Source: an uncultured beta proteobacterium (lineage in GTDB: Bacteria > Pseudomonadota > Gammaproteobacteria > Burkholderiales > Burkholderiaceae_C). Taken from it: a stretch of 64,000 bases of DNA. The notes below the pieces were generated by a model. The model did not search any database, was not told where the DNA came from, and saw only the letters and a list, made by a program, of their open reading frames with translations. Of this stretch, positions 52,430 through 64,000 are shown in pieces. Numbering within the stretch: the first letter of the stretch is position 1; each line of letters starts with the position of its first letter. The translations under genes and the position numbers were made by a program. The DNA lies in NCBI GenBank assembly GCA_963766315.1, contig CAVXZM010000013.1, positions 229,745-293,744 on the forward strand, in the 5' to 3' direction.

Positions 52430-54239
52430 TCAGCGCCGCGCCGGCGGCAGGTCGGTGCAGGTGCCCTCGAACGCCTCCGCCGCGAGGCCGATCGATTCGC
52501 CGAGCGTCGGGTGCGGGTGGATCGTCTTGCCGATGTCGACCGCGTCGGCGCCCATCTCGATCGCGAGCGCGATCTCGCCGATCATGTCGCCGGCGTGCGT
52601 GCCGACGATGCCGCCGCCGACGATCGCGTGGCTCGCCTCGTCGAAGAGCAGCTTGGTGAAGCCTTCGTCGCGGCCGTTGGCGATCGCGCGGCCCGAGGCC
52701 GTCCACGGGAACAGGCCCTTCTTGACCTTGACGCCGCGCGCCTTGGCTTCGTCCTCGGTGATGCCGACCCAGGCGATCTCCGGGTCGGTGTAGGCGACGC
52801 TCGGGATCACGCGCGCGTCGAACGCCGTCTTCGCCAGCTTCTCGTCGCCGAGCTGCTCGCCGGCGGCGACCTCGGCGGCGACGTGCGCCTCGTGCACCGC
52901 CTTGTGCTCGAGCATCGGCTGGCCGACGATGTCGCCGACGGCGAAGATGTGCGGCACGTTGGTCCGCATCTGGATGTCGACCGGAATGAAGCCGCGCTCG
53001 CCGACGTTGACGCCGGCAGCCTCGGCGCCGATCCGCTTGCCGTTCGGCAACGCGGCCGACCGCCTGCAGCACCAGGTCGTAGAGCTGCTCCTTGAGCGCG
53101 CCCTCGCCTTCGAACCTGACCAGGATGCCGTCGGGGCGCGCCTCGGCGCTCGACCGTCTTGGTCTTCAAGCAGGATGTTGTCGAAGCGCGGCGCGTTCAG
53201 CTTCTGCCAGACCTTGACCAGGTCGCGATCGGCGCCCTGCATCAGGCCGTCGAGCATCTCGACGACGTCGAGCCGCGCGCCGAGCGTCGAATAGACCGTT
53301 GCCATCTCGAGGCCGATGATGCCGCCGCCGACGATCAGCATGCGCTTGGGCTGCACCGGCAACTCGAGCGCGCCGGTCGAGGTGACGATGCGCGGGTCGT
53401 CCTTCGGCATGAACGGCAGCTTCACCGCCTCCGAGCCGGCGGCGATGACCGCGCGCGTGAAGCCGATCGTCGTCGTGCCGCCCGCGGCGAGATCGACGAC
53501 GACGTGGTGGGCGTCGCTGAAGCGGCCGCTGCCGGTGACGACCGTGACCTTGCTCATCTTGGCCATCTGCGCCAGGCCGCCGGTGAGCCGGCCGACGACC
53601 TTGTTCTTGTGCGCGACGAGCTTGGCGGGATCGACCTTCGGCGCGCCGAACTCGACGCCGACGGCGCCGAAGTGCGCGACCTCGTCGATCACCGCGGCGA
53701 CGTGCAGCATCGCCTTCGATGGAATGCAGCCGACGTTGAGGCAGACGCCGCCGAGCGTCTTGTAGCGCTCGACGAGGACCACCTTGAGGCCGAGGTCGGC
53801 GGCGCGAAACGCCGCCGAGTAGCCGCCGGGTCCGGCGCCGAGGACGAGCAGGTCGCAGACGACGTCGCCGCCGATCGCGGCCGCGGGTGCCGCGCTCGGC
53901 GCGCGCGCGGGCGCCGGCGCCGGCTGGGCCGCGGCCGGTGCTGCCGCGGGCGTTGCGGGGATGCGGCGGCGCGGCTGCAGGCGCAGGCGCTGCGGCGTTG
54001 CCCTCGACCGCGTCGAGCGTCAGGATCAGCGAGCCCTGGTTGACGGTGTCGCCGACCTTGACCTTCACCTCCTTGACGACGCCGGCATGCGACGACGGGA
54101 TCTCCATCGACGCCTTGTCGCTCTCGATCGTGATCAGGCTCTGCTCGACCTTGACCGCGTCGCCCGGCTTGACCAGCAACTCGATGACGGCGACGTCCTT
54201 GAAGTCGCCGATGTCCGGAACCTTGACGTCGACCGTCAT
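52430..54239 (-). CDS. lpdA: Dihydrolipoamide dehydrogenase with N-terminal lipoyl domain (frameshifted)
   Basis: VKVPDIGDF...ESDKASME lipoyl domain, [30 protein letters not shown]. Confidence 0.95.
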
Positions 54240-55909
54240 AGCAGCACGCGCCGGAAGTCGCCGAGGACCTGGATCAGGAAGGCGTTGAAGCGCGCCGCCA
54301 TCGCGCCGTCGACGACGCGGTGGTCCCAGCTGAGCGACAGCGGCAGCATCAGCCGCGGCTGGAACGCCTTGCCGTCCCAGACCGGCTCGGTCAGGCTCCT
54401 GCAGACGCCGAGGATCGCGACCTCGGGCGCGTTGATGATCGGCGTGAAGTAGCGCCCGCCGATGCCGCCGAGCGACGAGATCGAGAAGCATCCGCCGCTC
54501 ATGTCGGTCGGCGTCAGCTTGCCGTCGCGCGCCTTCTTGGCGAGCTCGCCCATCTCGGTCGAGATCTGCAGCACGCCCTTCTTGTCGGCATCGCGGATCA
54601 CCGGCACGACCAGGCCGTTCGGCGTGTCGGCGGCGAAGCCGATGTGGAAGTACTTCTTCAGCACCAGCTGGTCGCCCTCGAGGCTGGCGTTGAACTCGGG
54701 GAACTTCTTCAGCGCCGCGACCGAGGCCTTGATCAGGAAGGCGAGCATCGTCACCTTGACGCCCGACTTCTCGTTTTCCTTGTTGGTCGAGACGCGGAAC
54801 GCCTCGAGCTCGGTGATGTCGGCGTCGTCGTGGTTGGTGACGTGCGGGATCATCACCCAGTTGCGGTGCAGCGCCGGGCCGCTGATCTTCTTGATGCGCG
54901 AGAGGTCCTTCTTCTCGATCGGCCCGAACTTGGCGAAGTCGACCTGCGGCCACGGCAGCAGGCCGGCCAGGCCGCCGCCGGTCGCGGCCGCGCCGCCCGG
55001 GGCGCCCTTGCTCGCCTGCGCCTTGGTCTGCGCCTGTCCGGCGAGCACCGCCTTGACGAAGGCCTGCACGTCGTCCTGGGTGATGCGGCCCTTCGGACCG
55101 CTGCCCTTGACTTCGTCGAGCGGCAACGCCGAGCTCGCGCGCGAGCTTCCTGATCGCCGGCGAGGCGTGCGGCAGCGTGCCGGTCGGCGCGGTCGGCTCG
55201 TGCGCCGGGAGCGCCGCGGTCGGCAACGGCCGCTCGGCGCTGCCGGCGGGAGCAGCGGCGCGGCTGGCGGCGCTCGCCGGTGCGGCGGCGCCGGTGCCGC
55301 TGCGGCTGCCTGAGCGGCAGCCGCGCGCGCCGCTGCCTTGCACGGTGGCGATCAGGCTGCCCTTGGAGACCTTGTCGCCGACCTCGACCTTCAGTGCCTT
55401 GACGACGCCGGCGGCGCTCGACGGAATCTCCATCGACGCCTTGTCGCTCTCGACCGTGATCAGGCTCTGCTCGACGGCGACCGTGTCGCCAGGCTTGACC
55501 AGGATCTCGATCACCGCGACCTCGTCGAAGTCGCCGATGTCGGGAACGACGACCTCGACCTCGCCGCCGGCCGGCGCAGGCGCGGCGAGCCGGCCGCAGG
55601 CGATGCGGCGGGAGCCGGCGCCGGCGCTGTCGCCGCGAGCGCGGGCGCCGGCACGGCTTGGGTCGCCGGCCCGTCGCTATCGAGCAGCAACAGCAACGAG
55701 CCTTCGTTGACCTTGTCGCCGACCTTGACCTTGAGCTCCTTGACGACGCCCTCGGCGCTCGACGGAATCTCCATCGACGCCTTGTCGCTCTCGACCGTGA
55801 CCAGCGACTGCTCGGCCTTGACGCGATCGCCGGCCTTGACCAGCACCTCGATGATCTCGACGTCCTTGAAGTCGCCGATGTCCGGGACCTTCACTTCCAG
55901 TGCGGCCAT
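54236..55909 (-). CDS. aceF: Pyruvate dehydrogenase E2, two lipoyl domains (frameshifted)
   Basis: Two [10 protein letters not shown] repeats, [21 protein letters not shown]. Confidence 0.95.
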
Positions 55910-55945
55910 TCTTCTTGTCCTGTCAGAGCCTGCGGGAGCCTGTGC

Positions 55946-58653
<2,708 letters not shown>

Positions 58654-58729
58654 CCTTGTCTCCGAGATGCTTGTTCGTTCGGCGAAAGTGTCGCACACCG
58701 TCTGGTCGGGGTCGGTCGATAATCCCCGG

Positions 58730-61265
58730 ATGCAACGTGCCGACGCGGTGCTGACTTCCCCGCGCACGACCCGGACCTGGGCCGAGCGCGTGTTCGGCCG
58801 CTGGTGGCGGCGCCAGTCGGCAGCGCACCAGGACCGTTACGCGACGCTCGGCCCGCTGCTCTCGGTGCTGCTCTTCCTGGCCGCCATCGTCTCCGCGTTC
58901 TGGTACCTGCGCAACGAGGAATTCGATCGCGAGCAGGAGGCGGTGCGACGCGACACCGAGGTCGCGCAGCAGCAGATGCGCCTGCGCCTGATCGAAAACC
59001 ACGAGCAGCTGACGCGGATCGCGCGCGAGCTCGTCAGCCGCACGCTCGACCACGACACCTTTCTCGACCAGGCCGCGGCATTCACTGCCGACCATCCCGA
59101 GATCAGCAACCTGATCTGGCTGAGCGACAAGCGACTGGCGCTCGCCAGCTACTCGGGGATGTCATTCCCGCCCGAGACCGGCATCGGCAGCGTCGAGACG
59201 CCGGCCTCGCTGCCGGTCGAGCACTCCGGCGCTCCGCCCGAGGAGGCCTTCGAGCGCAGCCGCGAGACGCGCCAGACGGCGTATTCCCGTCCGTTCACCG
59301 ACAGCTTCGGCAACCCGGTGTTCCAGGCGCAGATTCCGCTGATCGACCACGGCGTCTTCCAGGGCGCGCTGATCGCCGAGTACTCGGTCGAGCGGCTGCT
59401 GCGCTACTTCGTGCCGACCGAGATCGCGCGTCGCCACGCGATCACCGTCCTCGACGAGCGCTCGCGCGCGCTCGCCAGCACCGTGATGACGCGTGCCGGG
59501 CTCGGCGCAGGCGCGGCCGTCGATCGTCTTCGAGCTGCCGGTGGCGCCGGCGGAAAACGGCCTGGTCCTGCGCGGCCAGGGCTATCGGACCTCGATCGGC
59601 CTGATCGGCAACGGCCTGTTCTGGATGGTGATGCTGCTTTCGGCGCTCACCGTCTGGATGCTGCTCGGCACCTGGCGCCACATGCGCCGGCGCCTGCAGA
59701 TGCAGGCAGCGCTGGTCTCGGAGACCAACTTCCGGCGCGCCATGGAGAACTCGATGCTGACCGGCATGCGCGCCATGGACATGGAAGGCCGGATCAGCTA
59801 CGTCAACCCGGCGTTCTGCGCCATGACCGGCTTCTCGGAAGCGGACCTGATCGGCCAGCACCCGCCCTTCCCGTACTGGCCGCACGACCGACGCGACGAG
59901 AACGCGCGCCTGCTCGAGCAAGAGCTGCAGGGCAAGAGCCCGACCGGCGGGATCGAGGTCAAGGTGGCGCGCAAGGACGGCTCGGTCTTCGATGCCCGGA
60001 TGTACGTCTCGCCGCTGATCGACCCGAAGGGCCAGCAGACCGGCTGGATGACGTCGATGACCAACATCACCGAGGCCAAGCGGATCCGCGACCAGCTCAC
60101 CGCCTCGCACGAGCGCTTCACGACCGTGCTCGAGGGGCTCGACACCGCGGTCTCGGTGCTTTCGGTGCAGCAGGGCGAACTGCTGTTCGCCAACCGCTCG
60201 TACCGCCTCTGGTTCGGCGCGGACTCCAAGGGCCACGCCCTGCTCTCGGGCGGCGACGCGTCGCCGCTCGGCCACGGCGACGGCGACGATGCCGTCGACG
60301 GCCTCGGCGGCCTGCCGACGCAGGAGCTCACCGCCGCCGGCTCGGATTCGCGCGAGGTCTTCGTCGAGCCGCTCGCCAAGTGGTTCGACGTCCGCGCGCG
60401 CTACCTGCAATGGACCGACGGCCGACTCGCCCAGATGCTGATCGCCACCGACATCAGCGAGCGGCGCAGCGCCGAGGCGCTCGCAGCGAGCCAGGCCGAG
60501 AAGGCGCAGGTGACGAGCCGGCTGGTGACGATGGGCGAGATGGCGTCGTCGGTGGCGCACGAGCTGAACCAGCCGCTGACCGCGATCACCAACTACTGCA
60601 ACGGCATGGTGACGCGGGTCGAGAACGACGCGATCGACAAGGGCGACCTGATCGCGGCGCTGCAGAAGACCTCGCGCCAGGCCGAGCGCGCCGGCCAGAT
60701 CATCCATCGCATCCGCTCGTTCGTGAAACGGAGCGAGCCGCAGCGCCAGAAGAGCTCGGCGCAGACGATCGTCGAGGACGCGGTCGACCTCGCCGGGATC
60801 GAGCTCAGGCGGCGCAACGTCGCGATCCAGACCTACGTCGCGCAGCGCCTGCCGCCGCTGATGGTCGATCCGATCCTGATCGAGCAGGTCGTCCTCAACC
60901 TGCTGAAGAACGCCGCCGAGGCGATCGACAACGCGCATCTGCCAACGCCGCGCCGGCGGATCGAACTGCGCGTCGTGCCGCGCCATTCTGCCGAGGAAGG
61001 CGAGGTGATCGAATTCACCGTCACTGACAAGGGCCCGGGCCTGAAGGACGAGGTGATCGCGCGCATGTACGAGGCGTTCTTCTCGACCAAGGTCGACGGC
61101 CTCGGCATCGGCCTCAGCCTGTGCCGCTCGATCATCGAGAGCCACCAGGGGCGGATCAAGGCGGTCAACCTCTACAATGGCGACACTCCCACCGGCTGCC
61201 GCTTCTCGTTCACGCTGCCGGTCGCCGCCACCACTCTTTCGGCCTCCGCAGCCGCCACCGCATGA
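58730..61265 (+). CDS. Membrane PAS-domain sensor histidine kinase (one frameshift near 59490)
   Basis: Two TM helices, PAS (YVNPAF), H-box AHELNQPL, N-box NLLKNA, DKGPG, GLGIGL. Confidence 0.92.
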
Positions 61266-61885
61266 GCCTGATCCCGAAGCGAGGAACCGTGTACGTCGTC
61301 GACGACGACGAGGCCGTCCGCGATTCGCTGCAGTGGCTGCTCGAAGGCAAGGACTATCGCGTCAAGTGCTTCGACTCGGCCGAGTCGTTCCTGTCGCGCT
61401 TCGATCCGCGCGAGGTCGCCTGCCTGATCGCCGACATCCGCATGGACGGCATGAGCGGCCTCGAGCTGCAAGACAAGCTGCTCGAGCGCCGCTCGCCGCT
61501 GCCGGTCACCTTCATCACCGGCCACGGCGACGTGCCGATGGCGGTGACGACCATGAAAAAGGGCGCCGAGGACTTCATCGAAAAGCCGTTCAAGGAAGAC
61601 GAGCTGGTCGCGCTGGTCGAGAAGATGCTCGATCGCGCCCGGGTCGATTTCTCCAAGCACCAGGAAGCCGCCAGCCGCGACGCGCTGCTGTCCCGCCTGA
61701 CAACACGCGAGGCGCAGGTGCTCGAGCGGATCGTCGCCGGCCGACTCAACAAGCAGATCGCCGACGATCTGGGAATCAGCATCAAGACGGTCGAGGCGCA
61801 CCGCGCCAACATCATGGAAAAGCTGAACGCCAACACCGTCGCCGACCTGCTCAAGATCGCGCTCGGCGCGCAGTCGAAGGCTTGA
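61262..61885 (+). CDS. FixJ/LuxR-family response regulator
   Basis: [26 protein letters not shown]...NKQIA...KTVEAHR. Confidence 0.93.
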   Translation: MSLIPKRGTVYVVDDDEAVRDSLQWLLEGKDYRVKCFDSAESFLSRFDPREVACLIADIRMDGMSGLELQDKLLERRSPLPVTFITGHGDVPMAVTTMKKGAEDFIEKPFKEDELVALVEKMLDRARVDFSKHQEAASRDALLSRLTTREAQVLERIVAGRLNKQIADDLGISIKTVEAHRANIMEKLNANTVADLLKIALGAQSKA

Positions 61886-62770
61886 GCCAAGCGCGGCTGA
61901 TCGACGGCGCGGTAATCGCGCGCCAGCTCCGAGCCGAGATCGCGGTCCGCGCCGCTCAGCTCAGTGCGACCGGCCACACGCCCGGCCTGGCAGTGATTCT
62001 GGTGGGCAGCGATCCGGCGAGCCAGGTCTACGTCAAGCACAAGATCAAGGCCTGCGCCGAGACCGGAATCCGCTCGCTCCTGGAGACCCACGACGAGACG
62101 CTGAGCGAAGCCGATCTGCTCGCGCGCATCGCCGCGCTCAACGCCGATCCTTCGGTCCACGGCATCCTGGTGCAGATGCCGTTGCCGAGGCAGATCTCGC
62201 CGGCGCGCGTGATCGAGGCGATCTCGCCCCTGAAAGACGTCGACGGCTACTCGGTCGAGAGCGCCGGCCGCCTGGTCGCCGGCCTGCCCGGCTTTCGCCC
62301 GTGCACGCCGTGGGGCTGCATGAAGCTGATCGAAAGCACTGGCGTCGGTCTGCGCGGCAAGCACGCGGTCGTCATCGGCCGCAGCAATACCGTCGGCAAG
62401 CCGATGGCGCTGATGCTGCTCGGTGCCGATGCGACCGTCACCGTCTGCCACAGCCGCACGCCCGACCTCGCCGCGCACACGCGCCGCGCCGATGTCGTCG
62501 TCGCCGCGGTCGGCCGCGCCAACACGCTCACCGGCGCGATGGTCAAGCCGGGCGCCGTCGTGATCGACGTCGGCACCAACCGCAGATGCCGCGGGCAAGC
62601 TCTGCGGCGACGTCGACTTCGCGGGCGTCGCGGCGGTCGCCGGCTGGATCACGCCAGTGCCCGGCGGTGTCGGACCGATGACGATCGCGATGCTGCTGTC
62701 GAACACCATCGACTCCGCCGAACGCGGCCGCGCCGCTACGGTCAAGGGTCCGCTCACGAGCGATCGGTGA
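61882..62770 (+). CDS. folD: Methylenetetrahydrofolate dehydrogenase/cyclohydrolase (frameshift near 62585)
   Basis: [46 protein letters not shown]. Confidence 0.95.
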
Positions 62771-62881
62771 GCACTTGTGTGAAGTTGTCACCACCAGCGC
62801 CTCGCCGGCCCGAGCGGCATTGAAGCCGGCTTGGCCCTCGGTTAGATTCGGACTCCGACGGAACCGTCGCGCCGAGTTGCC

Positions 62882-63538
62882 ATGACGCTCTCTCCTGCTC
62901 CGCTTCATTCCGCTCTGCCCGCGGCGCTGCTCGCCCTCGCCGCGTCGCTAGCCCTGGTCGCGACGCCGAGCCAGGCGCAGTACAAAGTCGTCGGCGCCGA
63001 CGGCAAGGTCACCTACACCGACCGCGAGCCGAGCGTCGCCGAAGGCCGCGTCACCGCGCTCGGCGCGCGCGCCCCGAGCGAGTCGGCCGAGCGCGACCTG
63101 CCGTTCGAGCTGCGTCAGGTCGTCGCGAAGTACCCGGTCACGCTCTACACCGCCCCGGACGCATGCGATCCTTGCGCCGCGGCGCGCCAGCTGCTGAAGC
63201 AGCGCGGCATTCCATTCAGCGAGCGTCTGGTCGTCACCAAGCAGGACAGCGACGCGCTCGCGCGCGTCGCCGGCTCGCGCGACGTGCCGATCCTGATGGT
63301 CGGCTCGCAATCGGTGACCGGCTTGAACAACGACGTCTGGGGTTCCTATCTCGACGCCGCGGGCTATCCGCGCGATTCGCGCCTGCCGACGAGCTACCAG
63401 TACCGCGCGCCAACGCCGGTCGTCGAGCGGCGCGAGCCCGCCGTCGCAGCGCGGCGGCTACCACGCCGCGGCGCCGATCGCTCCGCAACCCGCCGCGACG
63501 GCAGCGCCCGGCGGGCCCGGGCGGGCATCCGCTTCTGA
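62882..63538 (+). CDS. Exported glutaredoxin-like protein with DUF4124-type N-terminus
   Basis: Signal peptide, QYKVVGADGKVTYTDR, VTLYT..CDPC CxxC, LKQRGIPF, LDAAGYP. Confidence 0.8.
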   Translation: MTLSPAPLHSALPAALLALAASLALVATPSQAQYKVVGADGKVTYTDREPSVAEGRVTALGARAPSESAERDLPFELRQVVAKYPVTLYTAPDACDPCAAARQLLKQRGIPFSERLVVTKQDSDALARVAGSRDVPILMVGSQSVTGLNNDVWGSYLDAAGYPRDSRLPTSYQYRAPTPVVERREPAVAARRLPRRGADRSATRRDGSARRARAGIRF

Positions 63539-63553
63539 GCCGGCGCCGAGCGT

Positions 63554-64000
63554 CTAGCGAAAGGCCGGCTGCGCGACGCCGATATGGCGCGCGGCGAAAC
63601 TGCCGCTCGCGACCGCCGCGCCCATCATCCAGAACAGCGCCGACGCGCCGAGGGTCGCGCCGGCGAGGCCGAACGCGAGCGGCATGACGGCGCTCGAGAG
63701 GTTGATCGCCATCGAGCGCAAGGCGATCGCCTCGCCGTGACGCGCCGCAGGCGTGATCTGGTGCAGCGTCGTCATGATCATCGGCTGGACCGAGCCGAGC
63801 GCCAGGCCGAGGACGATCGCGTACATGCCCATCACCCAGGCCGTGTGGGCGAGCGGATAAAGCGCGAAGACGACGCCGCACATCAGCATCGCGCCGACCA
63901 GCACGTGCGACTCGCGCAGGCGATGGGCGAGCAGCGGGATCGCCAGGCGAACGCCGGCGACGGCGGTGGCGAAGACGCCGAGGATGAGGCCGATCGCCGA
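63554..64000 (-). CDS. MFS transporter, C-terminal part (5' end outside window)
   Basis: Consecutive TM helices; LGSVQPMIMTTLHQITP, GEAIALRSM. Confidence 0.8.
   Translation of the reverse strand, partial: SAIGLILGVFATAVAGVRLAIPLLAHRLRESHVLVGAMLMCGVVFALYPLAHTAWVMGMYAIVLGLALGSVQPMIMTTLHQITPAARHGEAIALRSMAINLSSAVMPLAFGLAGATLGASALFWMMGAAVASGSFAARHIGVAQPAFR

Noticed and set aside
54000-55909. Three near-identical ~200-bp repeats
   Set aside because: These are the lipoyl domains of AceF (two) and LpdA (one), a known architecture in betaproteobacteria, not a mobile repeat or array.

Overview
A very GC-rich chromosomal segment from a betaproteobacterium. Gene content and order suggest Burkholderiales (Rubrivivax/Ideonella/Piscinibacter-like), which is an inference. 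Most of it is core genome: ligA-zipA-smc, queF-dapD-pilU-dapE-prmB, ABC-F, ohr, lexA with two SOS boxes, upp-rlmB, purL, map-glnD-selU, phaCAB, aceE-aceF-lpdA, a PAS kinase/response regulator pair and folD. Many essential genes carry 1-2 nt frameshifts, almost certainly consensus errors rather than real pseudogenes, so coordinates of split genes are approximate. Three accessory blocks stand out. (1) At 48.1-52.4 kb, a TPR-like/wHTH/BTAD-type regulator is divergent from a PEP-CTERM array. The first ORF of the array is an apparent polyprotein: signal peptide, domain, PEP-CTERM, internal signal peptide, second domain, second PEP-CTERM, with no intervening stop or start. A third paralogous PEP-CTERM gene overlaps its end. 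This is the best candidate for an undescribed system. (2) At 27-30.7 kb, a type III PKS-methyltransferase-flavin oxidoreductase-DUF1624 cluster runs into rlmB-upp. (3) At 22.8-25.5 kb, a lower-GC islet carries a secreted type-B carboxylesterase and a probable gene remnant. No rRNA, tRNA, CRISPR array, transposase or integrase was recognised.
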